From assembly GCA_015055665.1 (NCBI GenBank), contig SVHX01000002.1:14326-78325 (forward strand): a stretch of 64,000 bases of DNA, written 5' to 3'. The position numbers were made by a program, and so were the translations under genes. The DNA is from Clostridiales bacterium. Lineage in GTDB: Bacteria; Bacillota; Clostridia; Christensenellales; UBA1242. The notes below the pieces were generated by a model, which worked only from the letters and a program-made list of their open reading frames with translations, did no database searches and was not told where the DNA came from. Within the stretch, counting starts at the first letter, position 1; every line of letters starts with the position of its first letter. Below are positions 21,230 to 31,679 of the stretch, in pieces.

Positions 21230-21397
21230 CTTAACTTTTTAAAAATTTTTAATTAAATGTTTGGGTATCAAAAAAATATGTGCTATCATAATAATATAAA
21301 GAATTTCGACGCAAACTGATATATTATGTCTAGGGGTAGTGTTAAGCAATTCTTTATAAATAAGATAAAAATCAAAAAAATTGAAGGAGAATGATTT

Positions 21398-22399
21398 ATG
21401 AAAAAGAAAAATATTATGAAGGCTGGATTTGCAGCGCTAGCCGTTCCTGCAATGTTGCTTACAACAGCATGCGGAGACAAAGTAGAGACTATTGACGTTA
21501 ATAGATACACCGAGTTGCTACACGAGAGTGCTCAAGAGTGGTTGTCTGCACAGAGAGATTACAAAACATATAATGATACAACAACTGAGATGAAGGCGTC
21601 CGTTATTTGTAAATCAAAAGAAGAAGTTACTTATAAAGAGTCTGCCGAGGGAGAATTTGTTACTAAAGAATTTGATGGCAGTATCACTGTAGATGCGAAA
21701 CAAAGAATCATGATTAATAGAGACGAAACCGAAAATGGTGCAGTGGCTGTTCAAGTGGTTCAAGAGATTACAACTGTTACAAAGGGTAAGCAAGCTAACT
21801 CAGAAACAGATTTGTTGGAAGATTACGAAAGAACTGATGTATCTAATGTTACACATACTTTAGTAAAAGTGGGAGAAGATTATAAATACTTCAAACTTAG
21901 AACTTCATCTATTAAAGAAACAGGAGAGGAAGAAGTAAAGCAAGAACAGAAATTGGTGCATACGTTTGCAAATGCAGACGAATTTAAGGATGCTGTTCAG
22001 AGTGTAATTAATGAGCACAATAATGAGGCAGTTTCTTCCTTCTATAACAATACTCCAGATACATATTTAACTTTAAAGCCAGAGTTCTATGAAGGAGAAG
22101 ATGCATTTGGTTTCAAAAATGGAACTTATAGTGCTATTGAAAGTGAAGGTTATGGATATGAAATTGATGTTGAATATACTAATGTCGAAACGTCTTGTGA
22201 ATTTAAGGGGAATAAGCCAAGCTCAACATCCTCTAAAGTTAAAATGAATACTCTAGATAATACTACAGATATCAATATGAGTGCTACAATTGCACATGTT
22301 GCAGAGACAATTTCTGCACCTGCAAATGCTAGCGAATATGAAGATGACTATCTAAGTACTAGCGATTTAATTGCTAATATTTACGAATTTATGGGTTAA
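21398..22399 (+). CDS. Lipoprotein, paralog 1
   Basis: Signal peptide with lipobox LTTAC; RBS aaggag. Confidence 0.85.
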   Translation: MKKKNIMKAGFAALAVPAMLLTTACGDKVETIDVNRYTELLHESAQEWLSAQRDYKTYNDTTTEMKASVICKSKEEVTYKESAEGEFVTKEFDGSITVDAKQRIMINRDETENGAVAVQVVQEITTVTKGKQANSETDLLEDYERTDVSNVTHTLVKVGEDYKYFKLRTSSIKETGEEEVKQEQKLVHTFANADEFKDAVQSVINEHNNEAVSSFYNNTPDTYLTLKPEFYEGEDAFGFKNGTYSAIESEGYGYEIDVEYTNVETSCEFKGNKPSSTSSKVKMNTLDNTTDINMSATIAHVAETISAPANASEYEDDYLSTSDLIANIYEFMG

Positions 22400-22460
22400 C
22401 AAATTAAAAACACCTTATGTTAGGAAATGTCCTATAATAGGGTGTTTTTTTGTTTGATAC

Positions 22461-22676
22461 TTAGATGTCTAAGAGCATGCTGGATAATATCTTGACACCG
22501 GCTAGGAAGCCTTGTTTAAATGCCTCTTGGTGTTGGATAGGGGATTCCTTGTAATACTTGTAACTCTCTACCTCGAATAGAACTCCCACCATCTCCATAT
22601 ATTTCTCAAATAACTTCTCTTCCATAGTAAAGTACTCTCTAATATATCTTTCGTCGCCTTTGTTTTTCTCAAACAT
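22461..22676 (-). CDS. Small protein (DUF6809-like), divergent from the XRE gene
   Basis: RBS aaggag; EAFKQGFLAGVKI C-terminal motif. Confidence 0.6.
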   Translation of the reverse strand: MFEKNKGDERYIREYFTMEEKLFEKYMEMVGVLFEVESYKYYKESPIQHQEAFKQGFLAGVKILSSMLLDI

Positions 22677-22711
22677 ATTCTATCTCCTTAAGTATAATAA
22701 CTGCATTATAG

Positions 22712-22756
22712 CACTAAGATAACTTAGTGTCAAGTATACAATTAAGTTTTCTTAGT
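22712..22756. promoter_or_regulatory. Two palindromic operators between the divergent genes
   Basis: cactaag-ataa-cttagtg (22712-22729) and attaag-tttt-cttagt (22741-22756). Confidence 0.6.
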
Positions 22757-22770
22757 ATACTAATTATAGT

Positions 22771-22974
22771 ATGGAAATATTTAGTAATAGACTTAAGTCA
22801 CTCAGGAAGGAATTGGGCATCAGTGCCAAAGCTCTAGGCGAGAAGATTGGTGTAAGTGACGCATCAATTATTAATTGGGAAAATAATGTATATGATATCA
22901 AGGGTGAGTATATAATTAGGCTTGCTAAGTTTTTCGGTGTGAGTGCGGATTATTTGCTTGGAATTGAGGATTAG
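22771..22974 (+). CDS. XRE-family HTH transcriptional regulator
   Basis: RLKSLRKELGIS..LG..IGVS..SI.NWE...LAKFFGVSADYLLG. Confidence 0.9.
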   Translation: MEIFSNRLKSLRKELGISAKALGEKIGVSDASIINWENNVYDIKGEYIIRLAKFFGVSADYLLGIED

Positions 22975-23167
22975 CATGCGGTTTATCATATGAACAACTT
23001 AGCTTTTTAAAAAATTCCAATTAAATATTTGCAGTATCAAAAAAACATGTGCTATCATAAAAATATAAAGAATTTCGACGCAAACTGAGATATTATGGTT
23101 AGGGGTAGTGTTAGGCAATTCTTTATAAATAAGATACAAATCAAAAAAGATTGAAGGAGAATTATTT

Positions 23168-24175
23168 ATGAAAAAGAAAAATATTATGAAGGCTGGTTTT
23201 GCAGCCTTAGCAGTTCCTGCTATGTTGCTTACTACTGCATGTGGTGACAAGGTAGAGACTATTGATGTTAATAGATACAACGAGTTGCTGCACGAGAGTG
23301 CTCAAGAGTGGTTGTCTGCACAGAGAGATTACACAACATATAACGATACAACAACTCAGATGAAAGCGACATCATCTTATACATTAAAAGAACAAGTTAC
23401 ATATAAAGAAACTGCTGAGGGTGAGTCTGTTACTAAAGAATTTGATATGACTGTCAGTAAAAACGATAAACAAAGAATCATGATCAATAGAGACGAAGCC
23501 GAAAATGGAGCGGTAGCTGTTCAAGTGGTTTACGAGAGCAAGGTAGTTACAAGGGGTAAGCGAGCAAACTCAGAAACAGACTTATTGGAAGATTACGAAA
23601 AAACATATATATCTAATGTTACACATACTTTAGTAAAAGTGGGAGATGAGTATAAATACTTTAGGCTTAGAACTACATCTAATAAAGTAACAGGCGAAGA
23701 AGAAAAAGAAGAACATAAGACTGTATGTACATTTGCAAGTGTAGATGAATTTAAAGACGCTGTGCAGGATGTGATTAACGAGCATAACAATGAAGCTCTT
23801 TCTACTTTCTATAACAATACCCCAGACATGTATTTAACTTTAAATCCAGAGTTCTATGAGGGGGAAGATACCTTTGGGTTCAAAAATGGTAATAACTCAG
23901 GGAATAGTTTTGGAGGAGAAGGTAGTTACGATACAAATTATATTTATACCAATGTAGAAGGTGTTTGTTGTGAATTCAAGGGAAATAAGCCAAGTTCATC
24001 ATCCTCTACAAGCAAATTCGATTTTCTAGATTATTCTGCAGATGCAAATATGAGTGTTACAATTGCTCATGTTGCAGAAACAATTTCAGCGCCTGCAAAT
24101 GCTAGCGAGTATGAAGAAGGCAGTGTAGCGCAGTTATCTGATTTAATAGCTAATATTTTCGAAATTATGGGTTAA
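23168..24175 (+). CDS. Lipoprotein, paralog 2
   Basis: Same signal peptide and lipobox as 21398-22399; clearly homologous mature region. Confidence 0.85.
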   Translation: MKKKNIMKAGFAALAVPAMLLTTACGDKVETIDVNRYNELLHESAQEWLSAQRDYTTYNDTTTQMKATSSYTLKEQVTYKETAEGESVTKEFDMTVSKNDKQRIMINRDEAENGAVAVQVVYESKVVTRGKRANSETDLLEDYEKTYISNVTHTLVKVGDEYKYFRLRTTSNKVTGEEEKEEHKTVCTFASVDEFKDAVQDVINEHNNEALSTFYNNTPDMYLTLNPEFYEGEDTFGFKNGNNSGNSFGGEGSYDTNYIYTNVEGVCCEFKGNKPSSSSSTSKFDFLDYSADANMSVTIAHVAETISAPANASEYEEGSVAQLSDLIANIFEIMG

Positions 24176-24380
24176 CAAATTAAAAACACCTTATGTTAGG
24201 AAATGTCCTATAATAGGGTGTTTTTTTGTTTGATACTTAGATGTCTAAAAGCATACTGGATAATATTTTTACACCTGCAAAGAATATTTAGTTTGATTTT
24301 GATTTTTTATAAAAATATTATAAAATTTAATACAGATATATTTTTGATGTGTTATAATATATAAGAATATAGGAGATTTT

Positions 24381-25268
24381 ATGAAATATACAAACTTATT
24401 TGAGAGAATAGGAAATATTGTTTTGTGTCTTTTTTATGTTTTTGTAATATTGTTATTGTTGGGATTTTGTGGATTAGCACTTTGGGTGGACTTTCTTTGG
24501 TCTGTATCTATTTATACTTGTACGTTTCTTTTTTTGTTACCAGGAGTTGTAATACTTATAAATTATTTATTAGGAAAAATTTTTGGAGATCGATATCGTC
24601 AAATTGGATGGATTTTGGAAGGTGAAAGCAGGATATATGAGGTAATAAAAACACCTAAATATTGTACAAGAAGTATGTTTGTTTGTTTTGTAGAAGCATT
24701 TTTGTTTGTTTTGTTAATTATTAGATTTATTTTTTTGTTTTACGTGAAGGATGGACACTACATATTTACTATTATCGGTTTAATAGGATCAATAATTGGC
24801 GTTATTATTTGTTTTATATTGGCAATGAGATATTATAAACAAAGTAGCCTAAGAGATAAATACAAACAAAAGATTGAAAGGCAAAAAAACAAGCAAGTGG
24901 ATAAATTTAAATTTGATAAGTATCCTGACTTGTTAGAAAAATATAATGCATTTAAACTTTGGAACTCAAAAAAACATACAACTTTTGAAAATCCAGATGA
25001 AAAAAAGCATGCATTAGTTGAACTAGAAAAAGCTCTTGATAGTTTGGCATTAGCAGTTTTTAACACATTTAACGAAAAGAAACCTCAATTAGTTGTTAAA
25101 AGCACAGGAGAAAAGGTGGAATGGGATGAGGTAATTAATAAACCGTTTGAAGAATTATCTTATATGGAAAAACTGATATTAGTTAGATTATTGGATAGAT
25201 TGTATAAATATGTTTTGCCAAAAGAATATTATGATTATAAAGAGGTAAAAGTTAAAAAAGATGCTTAG
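24381..25268 (+). CDS. AT-rich hypothetical membrane protein (4 TM plus soluble C-terminal domain)
   Basis: RBS aggag; hydrophobic segments; A-ending codon usage unlike neighbouring core genes. Confidence 0.7.
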   Translation: MKYTNLFERIGNIVLCLFYVFVILLLLGFCGLALWVDFLWSVSIYTCTFLFLLPGVVILINYLLGKIFGDRYRQIGWILEGESRIYEVIKTPKYCTRSMFVCFVEAFLFVLLIIRFIFLFYVKDGHYIFTIIGLIGSIIGVIICFILAMRYYKQSSLRDKYKQKIERQKNKQVDKFKFDKYPDLLEKYNAFKLWNSKKHTTFENPDEKKHALVELEKALDSLALAVFNTFNEKKPQLVVKSTGEKVEWDEVINKPFEELSYMEKLILVRLLDRLYKYVLPKEYYDYKEVKVKKDA

Positions 25269-25330
25269 AAAGTAAGCATCTTTTTTAGCTAGTTTCAAAC
25301 ATCAGAAACTTTGGCAAGTCTTTTTCTTAG

Positions 25331-27739
25331 TTATTTTGCAATGATATTAACAAGTCTATTCTTGATAACAATTACTTTGATAATTGATTTGCCGTTAAGA
25401 GCCGAGTTAACCTTTTCGTTAGAGCGAACGGCCGTTTCGATCTCTTCGGTAGTAGCGTTAGCGGAGTAAAGTTCGCGTGCAACAATCTTATTATTAATCT
25501 GGATTGCGTACTCGATCTCGTCCTTGATAAGTTTGTTCTCGTCCCAAGTAGGCCAAGCGACATCACATATTCTTGGCTCGAATTTACATAGAGTCCATAG
25601 TTCTTCGGTTACATGAGGTGCAAATGGGTTAAGTAGAGTAAGGAGAGTCTTATATTCGGCGTGGTTAATTTTGCCTACTTTGCCAATCTCGTTAAGTAAT
25701 ATCATAAGTGCAGATATTGCTGTATTAAACTTGATATTGTCTATGTCTAAAGACACCTTCTTGATAGCGGTATGCATGGCAACTTCGAGGTCCTTGGAGT
25801 ATGTGTCGCCTGGGACAAGGTTGTCCATAAGATTCTCCACTCTGCCAAGGAATTTGTGACAAGCTCTAACGCCATCATCACTCCAGGTAGCTGTTTCGAA
25901 GTAATCTCCGATAAATGACATCCATAGTCTAAGGGCATCTGCGGAATATTCCTTGATAACAACTTTAGGGTCTACACCATTGCCTGCGGATTTGCTCATC
26001 TTCTTGCCGTCATTACCAAGGATAAGTCCTTGGGAGATACGGCGTTTAAATGGCTCGCTAACAGGGCTTAGTCCTTGGTCGTACAGGAACTTATTCCAGA
26101 ATCTTGCATAAAGTAGGTGACGGGTAGTGTGCTCGTTACCACCATTGTATAGGTCAATAGGAAGCCACGACTTAAGAGCGTCCATAGATGCGAATTCCTT
26201 GTCGTTATTAGCATCACAGTAACGCATAAAGTACCAGCTACTACCAGCCCAGCCTGGCATGGTGTCTGTTTCTCTGCGAGCAGGAGCACCACAACAAGGG
26301 CAGGTTGTATTAACCCAATCGGTAATTAGAGATAATGGGCTTTCGCCGTCCTTGGTAGGCTCGTAACTTTCGACCTTAGGTAGATGTACTGGTAATTGGT
26401 CATCTGGAACAGGCACCCAGCCGCACTTATCACAATGTATCATTGGGATTGGCTCTCCCCAGTACCTCTGTCTAGAGAATATCCAATCTCTCATACGGAA
26501 GTTAAGTTTTCGCTCGGCAACGCCCATAGCAACAAGTTTATCAGTGATTGCAACCTTTGCCTCTTCGACAGTAAGTCCGGAGAATTCCTCAGAATTAATA
26601 AGCTTGATGCCTTTGCCTAGGTAATCGGCTTTCTCAAGGGCGTGTTCGGATACATCACCTTCGATAACTTGAATCTTGTCTATGCCGTATTTGTCTGCAA
26701 ATTCATAATCTCTCTGGTCGTGAGTAGGAACAGCCATTACTGCACCTGTACCATATGAAGCGATTACAAAGTCGCCAATATATACAGGAACTTCTCTGCC
26801 GGTAGCAGGATTGATAGCCATGATTCCATCTAAGATGCAACCGGTCTTGTCTTTGTTAAGTTCGGCTCTGTCGAATTCGCTCTTCTTGGCAGTAGCCTTT
26901 CTATAAGCCTCGACTTCAGACCAATTTTTAATCCTTGGTTTAAGTTCGTCAACAATACTACTCTCTGGAGCTACTACAACAAATGTAATGCCGTATATAG
27001 TTTCGATACAAGTAGTGAATATCTTAAGATTGCCGCCACCTACGATATCTAGAGTGACTTCCACGCCTTCTGATTTGCCAATCCAATTGATCTGGCTTGT
27101 CTTGATGTGTTCCATAAAGTCTGTGTCGCTTAGGTCGTCTGCTAGTCTATCTGCATATTCAGTCATCTTAAGCACCCATTGAGCCTTGCTCTTCTGAGTA
27201 GTTTCGGCATGGCACTGGCAACAAGTTCCGTCTTCGACTTCTTCGTTGGCAAGCACTCCGCAGTTAGGGCAGTAGTTAACGTTCATCTCACGTTTCTCGG
27301 CAAGTCCAGCCTTAACAAACTGAATAAACTGCCATTGAGTCCATTTGTAGTACTCGGGGTCGCAAGTATTAATTGTTCGTGACCAATCGATACTCATACC
27401 GATAGCTTTTACTTGGCTCTGGAAAGTTGCGATATTCCTCTCTACAATTTCTTGAGGGGTTTTCTTCTCTCTAATTGCGGTACGTTCTGCCTCTAGTCCA
27501 TAGGCGTCTGTGCCAAAAGGGAACATAACGTTGTAACCTTCTAGACGCTTCTTTCTAGCGTATGCATCAATTGCTGTATAGCTACGGCAATGTCCTAGGT
27601 GAAGACCAATTCCACTAGGATAAGGGAACTCGATAAGCACGTATTTGTTCTCTTTGCCTTCTACATGATTAGGCACTTCGAAGCGTTTCTCGTCTTCCCA
27701 AACTTTTTGCCATTTCTTCTCAATATTTTCGTAGTCCAT
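25331..27739 (-). CDS. leuS: Leucine--tRNA ligase
   Basis: FPYPSG.GLHLGH, GTGAVMAVPTHDQRD, DWIFSRQRYWGEPIP, KMSKS; start set at MDYENIEKKWQ. Confidence 0.97.
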   Translation of the reverse strand: MDYENIEKKWQKVWEDEKRFEVPNHVEGKENKYVLIEFPYPSGIGLHLGHCRSYTAIDAYARKKRLEGYNVMFPFGTDAYGLEAERTAIREKKTPQEIVERNIATFQSQVKAIGMSIDWSRTINTCDPEYYKWTQWQFIQFVKAGLAEKREMNVNYCPNCGVLANEEVEDGTCCQCHAETTQKSKAQWVLKMTEYADRLADDLSDTDFMEHIKTSQINWIGKSEGVEVTLDIVGGGNLKIFTTCIETIYGITFVVVAPESSIVDELKPRIKNWSEVEAYRKATAKKSEFDRAELNKDKTGCILDGIMAINPATGREVPVYIGDFVIASYGTGAVMAVPTHDQRDYEFADKYGIDKIQVIEGDVSEHALEKADYLGKGIKLINSEEFSGLTVEEAKVAITDKLVAMGVAERKLNFRMRDWIFSRQRYWGEPIPMIHCDKCGWVPVPDDQLPVHLPKVESYEPTKDGESPLSLITDWVNTTCPCCGAPARRETDTMPGWAGSSWYFMRYCDANNDKEFASMDALKSWLPIDLYNGGNEHTTRHLLYARFWNKFLYDQGLSPVSEPFKRRISQGLILGNDGKKMSKSAGNGVDPKVVIKEYSADALRLWMSFIGDYFETATWSDDGVRACHKFLGRVENLMDNLVPGDTYSKDLEVAMHTAIKKVSLDIDNIKFNTAISALMILLNEIGKVGKINHAEYKTLLTLLNPFAPHVTEELWTLCKFEPRICDVAWPTWDENKLIKDEIEYAIQINNKIVARELYSANATTEEIETAVRSNEKVNSALNGKSIIKVIVIKNRLVNIIAK

Positions 27740-27921
27740 AATTAAACCTCTAAAAATAAAATATATTATGTGTAAATAATACCAAATTTTTGGTACAAAA
27801 GTCAATCTATTATGTAAGATTTGAGGCAATTTATTTGTGCGGATAGATTTTTTTTGGTACAATATGGGAGAAAATATATAGTGAGTAATCACTAATTAAG
27901 AAATGAGAAAAGGAAAAACAA

Positions 27922-29046
27922 ATGAAACGACTGCTTAAGAGCATCTTATGCGGTGTGATGCTTGCTATTACTATAATAGGTGTATCTGGAAGAATAGATA
28001 TTAATGCCAACGCTAGTAATAGTACACATACGGTAACATTTGACTTTAGTAAAGATAGGGTACTTAAGTACATTAATAGTACTAGTGAAATACTAGAATC
28101 TTTGCGAAGTTATACGCTTACCACTCCGCATAATCAGATAATAGAAGACAGTTTAATACGCGTTCCACACAACACTATTAGCAGATATTACACATATTAC
28201 TGGACGTATAACGGTACTAGAGTTGACCTAGGCAACTTTGTGATTAACCGAGATGTTAAGTTTGTTGCTGAGTGGGTGCCAAGAGATAATACAGCATATT
28301 TCATATTTGAAAACGAAGAGGTTGCGACTGAGGTTACTAATAGGGTAGATACGCTTAAGTTTAATATAGAAAGCGGAAGGATAGAATTGTATCGCCCTAT
28401 AAGGCAACATTATATATTCGCAGGATGGTACAAACCAGATAGTAAAATTGAAGAAACATATATCCCTGCGGGGACGGAAGGTGACAAGGTGTATTACGCC
28501 AAGTTCCGTCCTATTAATTATTATATCAATTACAATACTAATGCAACGATTAGTAATCCTACTAGCTATACAGTCGAGGACGAAGATATTATTCTATACG
28601 ATCCTGTGGCGGAAGGGCATATATTCCATGGGTGGTATTCGGATAGCGGATGCACTAATCCAATAGATAAGATAGACACATCAGTTGGCGGTAATATTAG
28701 TATCTATCCATTATGGGAGTTAGAGAAATACGCGGTGACATATACTCTGCCCAATGGAACTAAAGCAGTTGTCATGACCGAGTATGGTAAGAAAGCCGAA
28801 CTTCCTAGGCTCGAGGGCAAGAGCATATTTAGTATTGTTAAGACGGATGTTAGCAGGGATAATATAACCAGAGAAACCAGTATAACTATTAGATATGTTA
28901 ATATCTGGTATGTTTATGTGCTAGGGATACTAGTAATAGCAGGGATAGTGGTTGGAATTATTCTAGCAATTCGCAAGCGTAGGAATACACATAATACTCT
29001 AAGGAGTTATTATCAATCAAGTATGGCAAGGAGGGGAAGGCGTTAA
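27922..29046 (+). CDS. InlB B-repeat (Flg_new) surface protein with C-terminal TM anchor
   Basis: Signal peptide; repeated P...GY/H.F.GWY...YAKF/W units; C-terminal TM followed by a basic tail. Confidence 0.8.
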   Translation: MKRLLKSILCGVMLAITIIGVSGRIDINANASNSTHTVTFDFSKDRVLKYINSTSEILESLRSYTLTTPHNQIIEDSLIRVPHNTISRYYTYYWTYNGTRVDLGNFVINRDVKFVAEWVPRDNTAYFIFENEEVATEVTNRVDTLKFNIESGRIELYRPIRQHYIFAGWYKPDSKIEETYIPAGTEGDKVYYAKFRPINYYINYNTNATISNPTSYTVEDEDIILYDPVAEGHIFHGWYSDSGCTNPIDKIDTSVGGNISIYPLWELEKYAVTYTLPNGTKAVVMTEYGKKAELPRLEGKSIFSIVKTDVSRDNITRETSITIRYVNIWYVYVLGILVIAGIVVGIILAIRKRRNTHNTLRSYYQSSMARRGRR

Positions 29047-29047
29047 T

Positions 29048-30415
29048 ATGGCGGACAAAGTTAAACAGCCCAAAGAAATAGATGTCTTTAATAGATTTAG
29101 CAACTTTAACAAGCTCAAGATTATTGGCATTGGTCTAGCAATTGCGTTAGTTATATGCACGACAATATTTTTCCTCGCCAAGATATTCTCTTCCTACACT
29201 ATATCTTTCGAAACATATGGCGGTCTTGTATACGGCGAGCCAATTAAGACAGATACTTACAAGTTCCTCGAGAAGACACGAGAGCCTGTTGGTCTTAAGA
29301 AGGAAGGGTATTATATCGAAGGGTATTATACAGATGCCAAGTTTACTAATAGATTCGAATTTGGCAAGCGTACATGGAACAGCAAGAAACTTTATGTTAA
29401 TTGGCAAGTAGGTTATGCGGTGCAGTTATTCTTTGCAGAAGGGGAAGATACTAACGAAAGACCATCAACAGATACAACTGGTATTGATGTTGCTAGACTA
29501 AAATTATACCACGAGCAATATGTCAAGCCGGGTAGCGAATACACGTTGCCACTAATATATAACGATATCCAAGACAACGAGCATTATGGTGAGCAGTTAT
29601 ATTGGAATATGGAAGGCGATCTCGAGAGCAAGCCTTTCGCAACCAAGACATTTACTGTATCGGATAACATTAAGATCTTTGGCACTTGGTTTGATACTGC
29701 CGAAGACAAATTCGCTGTAACGCAAGAGGGTGTTCTTACTAGATACCTTGGCGAGTGTGCCAACGTTGTATTGCCTAGCAAAGTTAAGAAGATTAAGGAT
29801 ATAGATAAGTTTACTGCAGGGCGTTGGAACGTTATGAATACTGCAGACGGTAGCGGTTATAGTGCCTTTGATAAAGTCTATGAGAAACTTGACACGGTTA
29901 TCATTGGATCGGAGTTTCAGGAGCTTGGCTCGCACTCATTTAGGAATTGCTCTAAGCTAAATAGAGTATATTTCGAAGGCAACAAAATCCACACTATTGG
30001 TGAGTGGGCATTTGTTGAGTGTGGCAATTTGGCGAATTTGGAACTCCCTAATAGTGTTAGAACGATAGAGGATAGAGCTTTCTACAAATCTGGTATTAAG
30101 ACACTTACGGGATTAAATAACGTGGAATCTATTGGATACGGTGCGTTTATGGAGTGTGTAAGCCTCAAAGAACTAGAGCTTAGGAATATAGCTACAATAG
30201 ATAGCCTAGCATTTGCGGGTACAACAATGTCTAAGCTAATACTTACTACTGCAGATGTTCCAGAGGTAAATATGCCGACTGACGATACAGATATCCTATG
30301 GGGAAACTTCGTGTGCAAGATATATGTGCCAGAGGCAATGTTAGAGGAGTATTCTAATAAGTATCCATGGAGTATATATCATCAGGCAGGAAGAGTACTG
30401 GCAATTACTGAATAA
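29048..30415 (+). CDS. Membrane-anchored protein with InlB B-repeat and BspA-type leucine-rich repeats
   Basis: KEGYYIEGYY...LYVNW; repeats of IG..AF..C..L..L.LP.SV..I...AF. Confidence 0.85.
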   Translation: MADKVKQPKEIDVFNRFSNFNKLKIIGIGLAIALVICTTIFFLAKIFSSYTISFETYGGLVYGEPIKTDTYKFLEKTREPVGLKKEGYYIEGYYTDAKFTNRFEFGKRTWNSKKLYVNWQVGYAVQLFFAEGEDTNERPSTDTTGIDVARLKLYHEQYVKPGSEYTLPLIYNDIQDNEHYGEQLYWNMEGDLESKPFATKTFTVSDNIKIFGTWFDTAEDKFAVTQEGVLTRYLGECANVVLPSKVKKIKDIDKFTAGRWNVMNTADGSGYSAFDKVYEKLDTVIIGSEFQELGSHSFRNCSKLNRVYFEGNKIHTIGEWAFVECGNLANLELPNSVRTIEDRAFYKSGIKTLTGLNNVESIGYGAFMECVSLKELELRNIATIDSLAFAGTTMSKLILTTADVPEVNMPTDDTDILWGNFVCKIYVPEAMLEEYSNKYPWSIYHQAGRVLAITE

Positions 30416-30511
30416 ATTATATAAGTAGGTAGAGAAAATTGTGATTCTTTGCCTATTTTTTTATGCAACAATAAGAGATTTTGTCGTTGTTGTATTTTTT
30501 CCAATTGCCTA

Positions 30512-30539
30512 TTGACAAACGCAAAATCCGTGATACAAT
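30512..30539 (+). promoter_or_regulatory. Sigma-A promoter of the three-paralog operon
   Basis: TTGACA-16 bp-TACAAT with TG extension. Confidence 0.65.
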
Positions 30540-30578
30540 TAGTATAATACAAATATTTTTATGGGAAAGGAGAAGATT

Positions 30579-31130
30579 ATGAGCGATAAGAAAACTAAAA
30601 AGTTCGAAGACAGAATTGTTCCTACATTTCTTGTGTACGAATTAGCCACAATGGCAAATGGATTTGCTGGTGAAGATGGTAAGAAGGTGCAATACAAGAA
30701 GACAGATTTCTTCCTTATTACAGATGATCTAAATGAGATGGATGCTCGTGAAGGGGTTGCCCTTCAACTAACAGGTCGTAAGGCGGGAGAGAAGGTTAAG
30801 TATACGATTGATCGCAAAGTTATGTCTCAGAAAGGGGCGAAAAAATATTATGCAGAAACTATGAAGATTGATTCCGAAGAGCAGTATACCGGTGCTGTTA
30901 CTTATAGGGCAAAGGGTATAGCATGTTGTACTGGAGATTCTTTCATAAGTGGAATTAAGCCTACAACTACTAGATTTGATGATAAGTACATTACAATTAT
31001 GAACATTATTGGCAAGTCAATTGAACTAAATACCGAGCAATATGATAAGGTAAGAGCTGAGTATTGTAATGACAAACTCCGCGAAGAGGCAGAGTGTGAT
31101 GTTGCCGAATTAATGGCAGATAAAAATTAA
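30579..31130 (+). CDS. Hypothetical protein, tandem paralog 1 of 3
   Basis: RBS aaggag; shares DRIVP...VY.L.T and A..LTG...G motifs with the next two genes. Confidence 0.75.
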   Translation: MSDKKTKKFEDRIVPTFLVYELATMANGFAGEDGKKVQYKKTDFFLITDDLNEMDAREGVALQLTGRKAGEKVKYTIDRKVMSQKGAKKYYAETMKIDSEEQYTGAVTYRAKGIACCTGDSFISGIKPTTTRFDDKYITIMNIIGKSIELNTEQYDKVRAEYCNDKLREEAECDVAELMADKN

Positions 31131-31155
31131 AAATAATACATAAGAGGTGGAAATT

Positions 31156-31668
31156 ATGAAACAAAAATTAAGAGATGACATGATATTGCCTTTGAATAAG
31201 GTATATGGGTTAGAGACTGGAGAGTGTCTTTATGACTACGAGGGCAAGAAGATCCCAGGTAAAGCAGTTGGTTACTTCCTAATAGACGGATTAGGACAAT
31301 CTAAAGAATGGCAGTGTGGTTGTACAGAAGAAGGTCTTGCTATACGTGTAACTGGTGACAGTAAGGGGTGCTTTGTGCCATATAAATTATTTCATTACTA
31401 TAAAAGAAATTCTTTTACAGTTAGTTTAGAGATAAAGACCGAAGGCCAGTACTATACTACTTATGAAGCTAAAAGTATATCTGAATTGCCAACAGCGGTA
31501 AGCGACTTTAAGGATGCAAAATATGGTACTGTAGCAGATATCAATGTGTATGCCGATACATATAATAAGACATACAAAGAGAACGCAATCAAGGCTCATC
31601 TAGAATATGAAGGTAGCAAAATTGCCGAGGAAAATGTTGCTAAGCTATTTGATATGAGTGATGAGTAA
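31156..31668 (+). CDS. Hypothetical protein, tandem paralog 2 of 3
   Basis: RBS gaggtg; motif YNKTYKENAIKA shared with paralog 3. Confidence 0.75.
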   Translation: MKQKLRDDMILPLNKVYGLETGECLYDYEGKKIPGKAVGYFLIDGLGQSKEWQCGCTEEGLAIRVTGDSKGCFVPYKLFHYYKRNSFTVSLEIKTEGQYYTTYEAKSISELPTAVSDFKDAKYGTVADINVYADTYNKTYKENAIKAHLEYEGSKIAEENVAKLFDMSDE

Positions 31669-31679
31669 GAAGGTGTATT

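Larger units (their letters stand above)
21228..24281 (+). repeat. Direct duplication of about 1.28 kb (about 21228-22505 and 22996-24281) covering promoter, lipoprotein gene, terminator and the 3' end of the neighbouring small gene
   Basis: Near-identical upstream regions and identical terminator/downstream text (aaacaccttatgttaggaaatgtcctataatagggtgttt...ttagatgtctaa). Confidence 0.9.

Noticed and set aside
21295-21358. Lipoprotein leader containing gacgcaaa, reminiscent of c-di-GMP-I riboswitches
   Set aside because: It lacks the upstream GCAAA-stem-GAAA P2 element. It is better explained as a 5' stem-loop (tataaagaatt/aattctttata) kept by the duplication.
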